From the IMG/VR virus record IMGVR_UViG_3300047375_000738: 64,000 nt of DNA. One strand, written 5' to 3'. Positions 48,112 through 57,885 of this stretch are shown one piece after another (the stretch's first letter is position 1; the number at the start of each line of letters is the position of its first letter). Source of the DNA: a virus (taxonomy: Duplodnaviria; Caudoviricetes). The position numbers and the translations under genes were made by a program. The notes beneath the pieces are model-generated. The model was not told the origin of the DNA and did no database searches. It worked only from the letters and a program-made list of their open reading frames with translations.

Positions 48112-48413
48112 CTTTTACTCTTACGCCTTCTTTTTGGTTTGATACTAGTTTTGTTTAGATTGTAAACACGTTTGGTTGTTGGTCTTCTTACAGTTCTACT
48201 TCTATTGATTGCTTGTACACTGCTTTTACTTCTGCGTGTTCTTTTTAGACTAGTACTTTTCTTTTGCGAGGTTGGTGTTGAGCATGTTGCAGGTTTAGCT
48301 ACCACGCGACCTTTTTTAGGTCCGCTGGTACAACGATACTTGCGCTTAACGCCGCCTTTGCTATCTCTTGCCCATACTTGGGTGTAGCTTTCTATGATTT
48401 CTGCATATCTCAT
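48108..48413 (-). CDS. basic putative internal virion protein (paralog of 48410)
   Basis: QVWAR..GGVKRKYRCTSGPKKGRVVAKP..C. Confidence 0.7.
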   Translation of the reverse strand: MRYAEIIESYTQVWARDSKGGVKRKYRCTSGPKKGRVVAKPATCSTPTSQKKSTSLKRTRRSKSSVQAINRSRTVRRPTTKRVYNLNKTSIKPKRRRKSKR

Positions 48414-48703
48414 CGTTTGTTCAAAGTCTTTAGACGCTTGCTTGCTGGATTAACTCTTTTTGTTTTCTTTGCTTTACGAGCCATCTTAGAGCCCAGTCTG
48501 CGTTTAGTTTGTTTAAATCTAACACTAGCTTTAATATTCAAAGGTGCATAGCACTGCGACATTTTTGCAACTACACGGCCCTTGCGTCTTCCGGCAGTAC
48601 AACGATACTTTCGTACAGTTTTCTTTCCAGAACGAGCCCAGACTTGTTTTTCGTCTAGTTCTTCTGATTCAGATGGTGTTAGGGTAAACTCTCTAATAAA
48701 CAT
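48410..48703 (-). CDS. basic putative internal virion protein (paralog of 48108)
   Basis: QVWARSG...RKYRCTAGRRKGRVVAK..QC. Confidence 0.7.
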   Translation of the reverse strand: MFIREFTLTPSESEELDEKQVWARSGKKTVRKYRCTAGRRKGRVVAKMSQCYAPLNIKASVRFKQTKRRLGSKMARKAKKTKRVNPASKRLKTLNKR

Positions 48704-48722
48704 AAAGTATTTATCAGAGATA

Positions 48723-48962
48723 TTAAAGTTGCATTAAGATTACAACAATAGTTGATAATAGTCCAGCTGTTATAGTTCCAGCAGCACCAATAATAACTTT
48801 GGTAAGTCCGGCTTGTCCGGCTGCCATTTGATCAGCAATGCCGTCAAGTTTTTCTTCAACTTTGGTTAGACGTACATCTAACTGCTCATAGCGTAGCGCA
48901 CACAGATCTACGTGTGCTTCAAGTGATTCTTTTTCTAACTGGGTTGATCCGATGGTTGACAT
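48723..48962 (-). CDS. coiled-coil/TM protein
   Basis: E..SLEAHVDLCA.RY..L; C-terminal TM. Confidence 0.7.
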   Translation of the reverse strand: MSTIGSTQLEKESLEAHVDLCALRYEQLDVRLTKVEEKLDGIADQMAAGQAGLTKVIIGAAGTITAGLLSTIVVILMQL

Positions 48963-49044
48963 TTAAACTCCATAATAATTAACGTCGATAGCCTTGTTTA
49001 CGTATTTTAAATGCCTGACAGAATATGTTCTGTAATACTATTTA

Positions 49045-49419
49045 TCATTGCACCAAAGAAAAAACTGTGTTGATCTTGTGATCTTTGGTATAAAATGCAT
49101 TTGTTTTAATAGTTTCATCTAGCTCAGGTATAATTGGAATCATATGCATATCTTCTATTAGTTGTTCAATACTATGAGCATCAGTTAAATCAAACTCAAA
49201 GCATAACTTCCAAAGTTTATGATTACCTTTGTATCCAAAAGACATTGCAGATATATCCTGCATACTACTAGATGAATTAATTATAATTGGGTTAGCTCTA
49301 ATTCCAATTGTCTGTATTACAGATTGATAATTTTGCTGTTGATGTATTCTAAATTTATCATCGCCTCGTCTAGCATGAGTTTCAGTAATATCAATCAATG
49401 TAAACATATTAAATCGCAT
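49045..49419 (-). CDS. hypothetical protein
   Basis: TL.DIT.T, QQQN...IQ.IG.R.NP. Confidence 0.7.
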   Translation of the reverse strand: MRFNMFTLIDITETHARRGDDKFRIHQQQNYQSVIQTIGIRANPIIINSSSSMQDISAMSFGYKGNHKLWKLCFEFDLTDAHSIEQLIEDMHMIPIIPELDETIKTNAFYTKDHKINTVFSLVQ

Positions 49420-49504
49420 ACGGTATTTACAGTCATAAAAAAAGGGCCCAGTAAAAACTGAACCCTTGTGTGACGCCTGCCACGTTCCTAAGGTAAGGAA
49501 TTAT

Positions 49505-49756
49505 TTAAGCTGCAAATGTTGCTACTAGTGAAATACCAGATACTGCTTCTGCGCCGCCTGGTCCACCTTGTACTGCAACGTGGTTGCCGTTTGCTACACC
49601 TTCAACTGCTGCGATTGTTCCGCCGTATGTTGTTGTGATTGAATCACATGCTGCTGCTACTGTGATTGTTCCAGTTGCTACTGCATAGATGTATGTTGTT
49701 GGTCCTAGACCACTCTTTGCAACTACTGCTGCGTTTGGGTTTGATACTGTTGCCAT
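49505..49756 (-). CDS. small Ala/Gly/Thr-rich putative virion protein
   Basis: strong AGGAG SD, biased codon use, terminator downstream. Confidence 0.6.
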   Translation of the reverse strand: MATVSNPNAAVVAKSGLGPTTYIYAVATGTITVAAACDSITTTYGGTIAAVEGVANGNHVAVQGGPGGAEAVSGISLVATFAA

Positions 49757-49859
49757 TTTTTTCTCCTAAATCTTAATGACCTGCACACTCTGTGCAGTTT
49801 TATATATTGTATTTAGTCTTTGAGACAAAAATAGGGGTAAAACGGTTCAAAAACGGGTG

Positions 49860-50609
49860 TTAATGTTTTATTAATGATTTTATACGGTTTAAATGCTTAT
49901 CGCCTAGCGATTCTGTAGGTTCAACCTTTTTTGCTTTCCATGCTGACTTTGGATTGTCGTCTGCTTCAAACTTGTCTACTATTGCTTGTGCATTTGGATT
50001 AGCTTTAACAATTGATTCTACACTACCTAAGTCAGCTGCTTTAGCATTGTCACCTAATAGCATTTTTGCAATTTCATCTGTATTGTTTGAAACTAATTCA
50101 TTTGTTTCTCTGTTTACCAAACCAATGTACGGGCTCCACTTCATGCCTTTTTCTTTTGCAAGTGCAGCAACCATCATCTGTTTGTGTACACCCTTGTAAG
50201 GTGAGCCGCCTGGAATATCGTGTACATGAAACTTCTGTGCTTTATCACCACCTGGAACAACCATAATGTCTACTTGTTGGCCTGCTCCGCCAATGTTAGT
50301 TTTTACATGTACGATTTGTCCTGTTTTACGTGTTTCAAATCCTGCTGCTTGAAATACCTTTTCTAATTCAATTCTAGCATTTTTAGCATCAGCAACACCA
50401 AAGTATTTTGCCATTGCACCTGCATCAGCAATCATATCCAAGTCGCCTGACATCTTACCTGCTTGAGGTGTAGCGCCCGACCCAATAGGCAAAGCCTTTA
50501 CGCCTGTCTTGCCCATTACACTGTCAATTTGTTTTTGAATAGCAGGAATTATCTTTTGGTCAAAGTTTGACGTGCCTTGGAATATGTTTCCGCCTTCATT
50601 AAGAATCAT
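49860..50609 (-). CDS. nucleotidyltransferase-like protein
   Basis: IGSG...SGDLD and QVDIM Pol-beta-superfamily pattern; MILNE leader. Confidence 0.55.
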   Translation of the reverse strand: MILNEGGNIFQGTSNFDQKIIPAIQKQIDSVMGKTGVKALPIGSGATPQAGKMSGDLDMIADAGAMAKYFGVADAKNARIELEKVFQAAGFETRKTGQIVHVKTNIGGAGQQVDIMVVPGGDKAQKFHVHDIPGGSPYKGVHKQMMVAALAKEKGMKWSPYIGLVNRETNELVSNNTDEIAKMLLGDNAKAADLGSVESIVKANPNAQAIVDKFEADDNPKSAWKAKKVEPTESLGDKHLNRIKSLIKH

Positions 50610-50857
50610 TTCTTGCTCTCTTTAACTTTATCGATACCTACTTTAAATTTACGTGGATTGTTACCACGGATACTATTTAGGAAGCGTCTCTCAAGATCGT
50701 TTGCTGTTTCTGCATCATATGTTTCGTGTAATCTTTTAATAAGGTTACATGCGCTCTCTATTAGATTTGTGCCAGTTGTTTGTAAAAAGTCGTCATTCTG
50801 ATTCTTACTGCCAATGTGACTCAGTTCTTCAAGTATACCTCTAGTTCGTTTTCTCAT
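50606..50857 (-). CDS. hypothetical protein
   Basis: TR..LEEL, E..A..LERR.LNSI. Confidence 0.7.
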   Translation of the reverse strand: MRKRTRGILEELSHIGSKNQNDDFLQTTGTNLIESACNLIKRLHETYDAETANDLERRFLNSIRGNNPRKFKVGIDKVKESKK

Positions 50858-50925
50858 TGTTCTGTTTCCTTATTTGTATTTAGTTATACCGATTAATAAA
50901 TATTGTTATAAGTGAGGGCTTGAAA

Positions 50926-51687
50926 ATGATAACAGAAATGACATTCCATGAGCGTAGTCTCTTATTTGCTAACTTAGCTAGTATAGCATATAACGACGAC
51001 ATAGAGCAAGTAAAAAAACTTGTACGTAAACTTGGTTTTACCACAGTAGAATTTTATAACAAAGACGGAGCACAGGCATACCGTTTTATGAACAAGAAAG
51101 ATTTAGTTATTGCTTGTCGCGGAACACAACCAAGTGAGTTCAACGATATCAAAGCAGACTTGAAAGCAATGCCTGTTGTTGCTGAAACTGTAAGCAGAGT
51201 ACACAGAGGTTTCAAAGCAGAAGTAGATGAACTATGGCCTATGATATCTGAAGACCTAGCACGTAAAACTAATCGAGACAAGGACGTTTGGTTCTGTGGA
51301 CATAGTTTAGGTGCTGCTATGACAACTATTATGGCTAGTAGATGCAACTGCGATGTTGACATGCCTGATATACAGGAAGTGTACACATACGGTTCGCCAA
51401 GAGTAGGATGGCGTGGTTACTGTCGTAGTTTAGATGTAGCACACCATCGTTGGGTAAACAACAATGATATTGTTACTAGAGTACCACTAAGAGCTATGGG
51501 CTACATACATCACGGCACAGAACATTATATGAATGCACACGGGCTAGAGCGTAAGCTCACACCTTGGCAGCGTACTAAAGATCGTTGCAGAGGTATGTGG
51601 ATGGGCTTAAAGCAAGGTGGCGTCGATAGTTTCAGTGATCATTCAATGACAAACTATATTGCTAACTTGAAAAAAATGCAGGGCTAA
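50926..51687 (+). CDS. lipase class 3
   Basis: IACRGT, VHRGF, CGHSLGAA, YGSPRVG, NNNDIVTRVP, DH. Confidence 0.9.
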   Translation: MITEMTFHERSLLFANLASIAYNDDIEQVKKLVRKLGFTTVEFYNKDGAQAYRFMNKKDLVIACRGTQPSEFNDIKADLKAMPVVAETVSRVHRGFKAEVDELWPMISEDLARKTNRDKDVWFCGHSLGAAMTTIMASRCNCDVDMPDIQEVYTYGSPRVGWRGYCRSLDVAHHRWVNNNDIVTRVPLRAMGYIHHGTEHYMNAHGLERKLTPWQRTKDRCRGMWMGLKQGGVDSFSDHSMTNYIANLKKMQG

Positions 51688-51736
51688 CCATTGGCCCTGC
51701 TCGTGCTTATTACGTAGCAACCCGACCCTATGGGTA

Positions 51737-52708
51737 TTACAAACCGTTTGGTACAATAATATAATGGATCATTAGCACTAGTGCAACTGATGCACCCAAG
51801 CCTACCATCATTTTACCAAAGTCTTTTGCTACTAGCGGAAACACACTCTTTGTTTTCTTTTTGCCAAAGTATGTTGCCATAGCCAACTCGCGTCCTGCTA
51901 ACAAGCCTACAAACACCCATGTTGTACTCATTGGAATGTCGTTTAGTTCTTTAAAGAAGTATAAGCATAGCCAGTAGAACAAGTCAATCAACGTTGCACT
52001 ACGCACGTATCTTGTGTTGTGTTTCTCCAATACAATCTGTTGTATCTTACCGCCACGTTCTCTAAACATAAAGAACAAGCCTACAACAAATACTGCACTG
52101 ACTAGGAACATTAAGTCCAGCGGAACTTCACGTGGAAGGAACACTGCAATGTTGGCCATGTCATGTGACAACCAAGTCCACCACAAGCCTCCTGTTGCTA
52201 CCCATTGTGCTACACGCCAAAACTTCTTGTTCTTTTCAGCAACCTTTTCAGTTTCATCATACCATCTACCGAAGTACTTGTGTATTGCAAACCAAATCAC
52301 ATATGCAAATGCGGCTGCAACACCATATCCCATGATTGATTTCATAAGCATCTTCTCAAGCACAAAGGTACTTGCGAACACTGACAGCACCAAGAAACTT
52401 GTGCTAACTGGTACGCCCATCCTTGTAAGTGCTACAAGAATAGCAGGTGCGGCTGCGTGATACCATTGCACTTCTTGCCAGGGTATCTTGTTTAGTCTTC
52501 CGTAACTGATGTCTCCACCATTTACACTCCAGCCATACCATAGCGTTGCAAGTAACACTGCACTTGCGGCTCCCCATAGTATTTTATAACTGAATCGCTC
52601 ATTGTTTGATGCCATCCAAGTACCGAGCGTTTGTACTGAATCGTTTGCTATCACTGCATAGGCAGCAAGCAGGAAGCCAATTAGGCTCCATAAGGTGAGT
52701 GCGTCCAT
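51737..52708 (-). CDS. multi-pass membrane protein, PiT/PHO4-like
   Basis: IANDSVQTLG and HDMAN half-repeats, PVSTS / PMSTT. Confidence 0.55.
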   Translation of the reverse strand: MDALTLWSLIGFLLAAYAVIANDSVQTLGTWMASNNERFSYKILWGAASAVLLATLWYGWSVNGGDISYGRLNKIPWQEVQWYHAAAPAILVALTRMGVPVSTSFLVLSVFASTFVLEKMLMKSIMGYGVAAAFAYVIWFAIHKYFGRWYDETEKVAEKNKKFWRVAQWVATGGLWWTWLSHDMANIAVFLPREVPLDLMFLVSAVFVVGLFFMFRERGGKIQQIVLEKHNTRYVRSATLIDLFYWLCLYFFKELNDIPMSTTWVFVGLLAGRELAMATYFGKKKTKSVFPLVAKDFGKMMVGLGASVALVLMIHYIIVPNGL

Positions 52709-52903
52709 TAGTTTCTCCTTTGCTTGACGGCTTTACCCCGTCGCTCACAAGTAACTGTACGTTACACTTTTAATTAGCATTTGTCAACCTGATCATAAAT
52801 AGAACGGCCAGAAAAGAGAAGTTATTCACACCTTCGACCTGACAAACGTGAAAAGACACGTGGCGTTCGCCTTACAAAACAGCATTACATATTGGAGAAA
52901 ACA

Positions 52904-53095
52904 ATGACAACTATAGCAAACATGCTTGGTAGTGTAATGACTGCGGTCAGACTACCAAGAAGAAAAACAGGATTGATACACATCAATCATAACCTTGAAA
53001 CTTATGTTAAGACAGAATTTAGCAAAGGTGATCAGGCATACGTCTTAGACTGTATGCTACGTGGAGACACTCTCGACAGACGTAACATAGTATAA
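52904..53095 (+). CDS. small hypothetical protein
   Basis: GGAG SD, terminator after stop. Confidence 0.65.
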   Translation: MTTIANMLGSVMTAVRLPRRKTGLIHINHNLETYVKTEFSKGDQAYVLDCMLRGDTLDRRNIV

Positions 53096-53097
53096 GG

Positions 53098-53125
53098 AAA
53101 AAGAGCCCCGTAGGGCTCTTTTTTT
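53098..53125. terminator. bidirectional intrinsic terminator
   Basis: AAAAAGAGCCC-CGTA-GGGCTCTTTTTT between convergent genes. Confidence 0.85.
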
Positions 53126-53130
53126 ATTCA

Positions 53131-54045
53131 TCAGGCATATTCATCAACTTTAATACCTTTCTCGTAGTTCAACTTAATAGCATCTACAGGCATACAATGA
53201 CGACCTTTCATTCGTTGATAATGAGCAAACTTTTGATATAAGCCATAAGCAACGCCGTCGTGCCATTGATGTGTATTACGATACTCTCTAAATGATAAAT
53301 CTTGTATCGTCATAACCATAGGCAAAATATTTACAAACCAGTCTTCGAACTCTTTGTAAATCTTTGTTTCAGGATCCATTAGTTCTTCATAACTGCTGTG
53401 GCTAAACAGTCTTGCCATTCCGGACAGTAGTGTATCATTCATACCATACTTTGGATAGGCATAATCTATTAGTTCGGCTGCACGGATAGTTTCATCAACA
53501 CCCATTTTAACTGCTTTTACAAAGTTAGCAAACTTAACTTTTTTACGACCATTGCCTTCATTAACTTTACCGCATTTTAAGTTAGAGCGTTCTAATACAC
53601 TTTTATAGAAAAGAGCATCCGCTTCTTCGCCAATAACTTCGGCCCAAAACAGTTGTTCTGATGAAAGACTTCGAGACGCTGTGCCATTCATTTTAGCAAA
53701 TAGTTGGGCCGCATATCTCGAATCGTTTGTATCAATGATATGAGCAGGCACTTCTGTGATTTCTGGAGCGAAATATTTAACTAGTTCAATACGATGTTGA
53801 CCGTTTATAAGTTTTAATGTGCCATCTTTATATCTAACTGCTGTGGCATATCCAAAAAGGTTCCAATCTACACCTTTTGACTTTTCAGCATAACGCCAGA
53901 TATTAGGTATTTGTAAATCTCTTTGTGCCGCATCCATTTCTGTATCAACTGGAATACGCTCGCCTGGAGCCATATCTCCACGAATAGCACCAATATATTG
54001 TTCAAGTTTTTTAGGCATCTTGATTGCCTGTGTGTGTTGTTCCAT
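53131..54045 (-). CDS. ParB-N-like domain protein
   Basis: LINGQHR motif, A..F..MN. Confidence 0.55.
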   Translation of the reverse strand: MEQHTQAIKMPKKLEQYIGAIRGDMAPGERIPVDTEMDAAQRDLQIPNIWRYAEKSKGVDWNLFGYATAVRYKDGTLKLINGQHRIELVKYFAPEITEVPAHIIDTNDSRYAAQLFAKMNGTASRSLSSEQLFWAEVIGEEADALFYKSVLERSNLKCGKVNEGNGRKKVKFANFVKAVKMGVDETIRAAELIDYAYPKYGMNDTLLSGMARLFSHSSYEELMDPETKIYKEFEDWFVNILPMVMTIQDLSFREYRNTHQWHDGVAYGLYQKFAHYQRMKGRHCMPVDAIKLNYEKGIKVDEYA

Positions 54046-54378
54046 AATGTTCTCCTTTTGCCAAACAACAAAAAGCAGGATACTTTAACAAATATCCAAC
54101 TAGTGAACAGAAAGGCTTACAAGCCTATCTGTGTTAAGTTTTCTAACTTAACAATACTAACATAACAAAAGAAACAGTAAAGGTCAACCTCTTTTTTTAA
54201 CAGTTGCCCTATTCTTTTGGGTGCGCAGATCTGCACAGTTGCGCTGTACGCATATCGTCTTTGCGCATACAACAGTTGTTCTCACCGGTTTTTCATGTTA
54301 AATATAGTTGTAGAAGGAGTAAAACTAACGGTTGTTAGACTCGGATCACACACATATATATACGAAGGAAACGGAAAA

Positions 54379-54639
54379 ATGACTACATTGGTAGCAAACA
54401 CATTCGAAATAGTTGGACTAAACGGCATCGCTAACTTTTTCAAAAACTTAGGTGCCGAACTACGCAGACGCAGAAACATCAAACAAACATACAGAGCACT
54501 TTCAGAACTATCAAACCACGAACTTAATGATATTGGTATTGCTCGTGGCGATATTAAATTTATTGCAAATCAATCATACCCAAAAGCATTACGTGGCGAA
54601 GCTGTAGAAGCAAACCGCAACTTGAGAGGTTGGGTATAA
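54379..54639 (+). CDS. DUF1127 (YjiS-like) small protein
   Basis: RRRR....T..ALSELS..EL.DIGI.RGDI. Confidence 0.85.
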   Translation: MTTLVANTFEIVGLNGIANFFKNLGAELRRRRNIKQTYRALSELSNHELNDIGIARGDIKFIANQSYPKALRGEAVEANRNLRGWV

Positions 54640-54839
54640 TGCAAGAATCAATGGAAGTGGTAGGTAACACACCAGTAGAAACACCAAAGTTTATCAAAAC
54701 ACTTGGCAAGTATGCAGTAGCATTTGCAATGGGCGTATGGGCTTTTGGTGAATCAGCAGGCAGAGCAAGAGCAGCCGCTGAACTACATCGTCAAGGCTTT
54801 TACGAAGAAGCAAAACGTTTGATGTTGGAGGACAAATAA
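54639..54839 (+). CDS. small protein, Rhodobacteraceae-like
   Basis: GRARAAAELHRQGFYEEAK; TAATG coupling. Confidence 0.65.
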   Translation: MQESMEVVGNTPVETPKFIKTLGKYAVAFAMGVWAFGESAGRARAAAELHRQGFYEEAKRLMLEDK

Positions 54840-54840
54840 T

Positions 54841-54975
54841 ATGTTTAAGAGATTTATGAAAGCAATGGAATATCGTTCATACTGCATGGCAATTAGAGAA
54901 CTAAGAAACAGAGGCATGTATAAAAAAGCTGATGAGATCTCTGAGTTCAAAAGTAAAATGTATCCGAGTTACTAA
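54841..54975 (+). CDS. 44-aa small protein (not in ORF track)
   Basis: MFKRFMKAMEYRSYCMAIRELRNRGMYKKA, similar to previous ORF's C-terminus. Confidence 0.6.
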   Translation: MFKRFMKAMEYRSYCMAIRELRNRGMYKKADEISEFKSKMYPSY

Positions 54976-55115
54976 TGATAGATCCGGATCATACATACGT
55001 AAAGCCCAAGGGCGAAAAGAAAAAGGGCGGCAAATAGTTGCCTTTGTTCTTGACAAATACTAAATAATACGTTATATTAATAACACTACACATTCACACA
55101 CACAGGAGTAACAAA

Positions 55116-55415
55116 ATGAATGAACAACTGACAAAGCAATTTGAAACATTTGCTGACATGATGAAGACAGCAATGCCACAAGTAAAAGCCAACAAGAATG
55201 GCTATGAAATCCGTACAAAGGTGCTAGAGATGGCACAAGGTAATGTATGGAATGACTATCATGCAAAGTTTGCAGGATGGGAACAAACCGTAAAACGTGA
55301 TACAGATACTGGTGAAGTTGTAACAACAGTTACAATGCCAGAAGTACCTGGCGCAGATGCAGTATTAGAAGCAGCTGATAAGTTTTATGCGTTTGTGAGT
55401 GGAACTAAAAAATAA
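55116..55415 (+). CDS. conserved phage hypothetical protein
   Basis: KNGYEIR..VLEMA, P....VLEAA.KFY.FV. Confidence 0.75.
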   Translation: MNEQLTKQFETFADMMKTAMPQVKANKNGYEIRTKVLEMAQGNVWNDYHAKFAGWEQTVKRDTDTGEVVTTVTMPEVPGADAVLEAADKFYAFVSGTKK

Positions 55416-55512
55416 AGATTAAATGGACATAGTCCTTACAAGTACATTAGACAAGCAGCCCCTAGTTATTAATTTAGCTAGGGGTTAATCTTGACTTTAA
55501 CTAAGTACTGTT

Positions 55513-55689
55513 ATGATAAAATCAATAATAAAGTTTTTCAAAGAATACAATAGTACACAAACAGAATTACAAAATCAGGGAATCTATTGTTATAGTTCAC
55601 ACGGACTTGTGTTTCAGTATGTTGATAGAGAGACATTTGAAAGACATAACAAAAAAATGGCAGAGGATGATCAACCCCCTGCCAAGTAG
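55513..55689 (+). CDS. possible 58-aa protein
   Basis: own translation MIKSIIKFFKEYN...; no SD. Confidence 0.35.
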   Translation: MIKSIIKFFKEYNSTQTELQNQGIYCYSSHGLVFQYVDRETFERHNKKMAEDDQPPAK

Positions 55690-55694
55690 TAAGT

Positions 55695-55922
55695 TTACTT
55701 ACGGTTCCAAATGGCCCATAGTACCCATACTGCGATCAAGCCCATAACGCCCTGCGAACCTAAGCTCGCAATCATTCCTGATACGTTATCAACTACTGAT
55801 AGACCCTGTGGCATAAACGGCATATTGCCTAGCCCTAAAACTTCAGCTATGATCACTAAAGCTGCCAGACTAACACCAACTTCTGCTAGTGCGCCTGCCC
55901 ACGCTTTTACTTTATTAAGCAT
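55695..55922 (-). CDS. small membrane protein
   Basis: 2 hydrophobic helices, GGAG SD. Confidence 0.7.
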   Translation of the reverse strand: MLNKVKAWAGALAEVGVSLAALVIIAEVLGLGNMPFMPQGLSVVDNVSGMIASLGSQGVMGLIAVWVLWAIWNRK

Positions 55923-56074
55923 CTCCATAAGAAATACCTCCTTCTTGTTATACGAACATAAAGTCCGTCTGTTATTTAAATATACCGAGACCCGGTATTA
56001 TAACCCAACTAAACAGTTATAACATCACTTAACTTTGGATTTGATAAATAATTTTACCATAAAGTGAGTATATA

Positions 56075-57277
56075 ATGATTAATTTAACACCTTTCGAGGA
56101 TATCATAGAAAAATTTAAAGCTGACGGGAACTATCGTGTGTTCAACGATATACTACGTGAACGTGGAAAATTTCCTAAAAATATTTGGTATGGAAAGTAC
56201 GCAATTAAAGAAATCGTCAATTGGTGTAGTAATGATTACCTCGGTATGGGACAACATAAGGTAGTGATTGATGCTATGCATACTGCATTAGAACAGACCG
56301 GAGCAGGCTCAGGCGGCACTCGGAATATAAGTGGCACAAGTCATTATCATGTTGCTCTAGAAGCAGAGCTTGCAGTGTTACATAGTAAAAAAAGTGCTCT
56401 ACTCTTTTCTAGTGCTTATGTTGCAAATGAATGGAGTCTAATTGCGCTAAACAAGATCGTTCCCAACATTATGTTTTTGAGTGATAGTAAAAATCACGCA
56501 AGCCTCATACAGGGTATCCGACATAGTGGTGCTGACAAATCTATATGGCAGCACAACGATATGAAGCAATTAGAGCAACAATTGGAGCAGGCACGAGCCT
56601 CCGGACACACCCCTTGCATAGTGTTTGAGTCTGTGTATAGCATGGACGGCGATGTATCTCCAATTGAAGCAATTTGTGACTTAGCAGAAAAATACAATGC
56701 CATCACATATATCGATGAAGTTCATGCAGTAGGTTTGTATGGTAAGCGTGGAGCAGGGCAGTTAGAAAAACTAGGTGTTCAAGATCGTGTTGACATTGTA
56801 AATGGCACACTAGGTAAAGCCATAGGTGTTACTGGTGGATATATAGCAGGTGAAGCAAGTGTTATTGATGCAATACGCTTGATCGCATCAGGCTTTATAT
56901 TCACTACTTCTTTATCGCCTGTTCTATGTGCAGGTGCTTTAGCAAGTATTAAATGGTTACAGGATCATCCTGAGTTAAGAGAACAGCATCAACGGCAAGC
57001 ACAGCGTTTGAAGTGTGGCTTTGAAGCAAAAGGCATCGAAGTAGCAAAGACAACCACTACCCACATTGTGCCTGTGATGATTAGAGATGCTGTTAAATGT
57101 AAACGTATCAGTGATGTATTGCTGGATGACTATGGACTGTATGTACAGCCTATTAACTATCCAACAGTACCAGTAGGCGAGGAAAGGTTACGTTTTGCTC
57201 CTACACCATTGCACACTGATGCTATGATAAGTGACTGTGTAATGGCAGTAAGAAAGGTTATAGATGAATATACGTAA
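56075..57277 (+). CDS. hemA: 5-aminolevulinate synthase
   Basis: [43 protein letters not shown] Lys, INYPTV..G.ERLR..P. Confidence 0.93.
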   Translation: MINLTPFEDIIEKFKADGNYRVFNDILRERGKFPKNIWYGKYAIKEIVNWCSNDYLGMGQHKVVIDAMHTALEQTGAGSGGTRNISGTSHYHVALEAELAVLHSKKSALLFSSAYVANEWSLIALNKIVPNIMFLSDSKNHASLIQGIRHSGADKSIWQHNDMKQLEQQLEQARASGHTPCIVFESVYSMDGDVSPIEAICDLAEKYNAITYIDEVHAVGLYGKRGAGQLEKLGVQDRVDIVNGTLGKAIGVTGGYIAGEASVIDAIRLIASGFIFTTSLSPVLCAGALASIKWLQDHPELREQHQRQAQRLKCGFEAKGIEVAKTTTTHIVPVMIRDAVKCKRISDVLLDDYGLYVQPINYPTVPVGEERLRFAPTPLHTDAMISDCVMAVRKVIDEYT

Positions 57278-57680
57278 AACGTTATGGCTAATCGCAGGCT
57301 TCTTTTGCTTGGGTATGGCTTATGTAGGTGTAGTAGTACCTGGAATACCATTTAGTATTTTCCTAGTAATGGCTGCATACTGCTTTAGTAAAAGTAGTCA
57401 GCGGATGCATGACTGGTTATACAATCACAAATACTTTGGACCGTTCCTAACTAATTGGGTACAAAAGAAAGTGTTTCCGACCAAAGGCAAATACCTAATG
57501 GTAATAGTAATGGCAAGTTCTCTTGCATTCCTTTGGTTTACAACAGAGAATATTAAAGCTGTTGCGTGGAGCGGAGGATTTATGGCACTAGTTGCTATAT
57601 GGGCATGGCGCTACCCAGGTACTGTTGCAGAACAGGAACGCAGAGTCAAAGCAGGCGAAAAGGTTGCTTGGTTCAAATAA
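57264..57680 (+). CDS. YbaN/DUF454 membrane protein
   Basis: G..G.VVPG.P...F...AAYCF.KSS.R.H.WL..HK.FG. Confidence 0.85.
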   Translation: MNIRKTLWLIAGFFCLGMAYVGVVVPGIPFSIFLVMAAYCFSKSSQRMHDWLYNHKYFGPFLTNWVQKKVFPTKGKYLMVIVMASSLAFLWFTTENIKAVAWSGGFMALVAIWAWRYPGTVAEQERRVKAGEKVAWFK

Positions 57681-57885
57681 ATTAGACCTACACGGAGTTA
57701 GGCACTACGAAGTTGACTACAAGGTAGAAAACTTTATACTAATGAATCAAAAGCTGTTACCGCTTACAATTATTTGCGGTAACAGTCCTGCTATGATTAG
57801 TTTAGTTGAAACTGTAATTAAAAGAATAGACTGTGAAGAAGTAGCAATGGATCGCTACGGAGTAATAGTTGTTAGACGTATCTAA
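57664..57885 (+). CDS. minimal Smr-domain-like protein
   Basis: LDLHG, IICG; TTG start inferred. Confidence 0.55.
   Translation: MLGSNKLDLHGVRHYEVDYKVENFILMNQKLLPLTIICGNSPAMISLVETVIKRIDCEEVAMDRYGVIVVRRI

Noticed and set aside
52856-52890. GGCGTTCGCC resembling a fluoride riboswitch
   Set aside because: Lacks the GGNGAUGG 5' element and downstream AUGAC
54976-55115. Possible CcsR/cuckoo sRNAs after DUF1127
   Set aside because: No CCUCCUCCC motifs found
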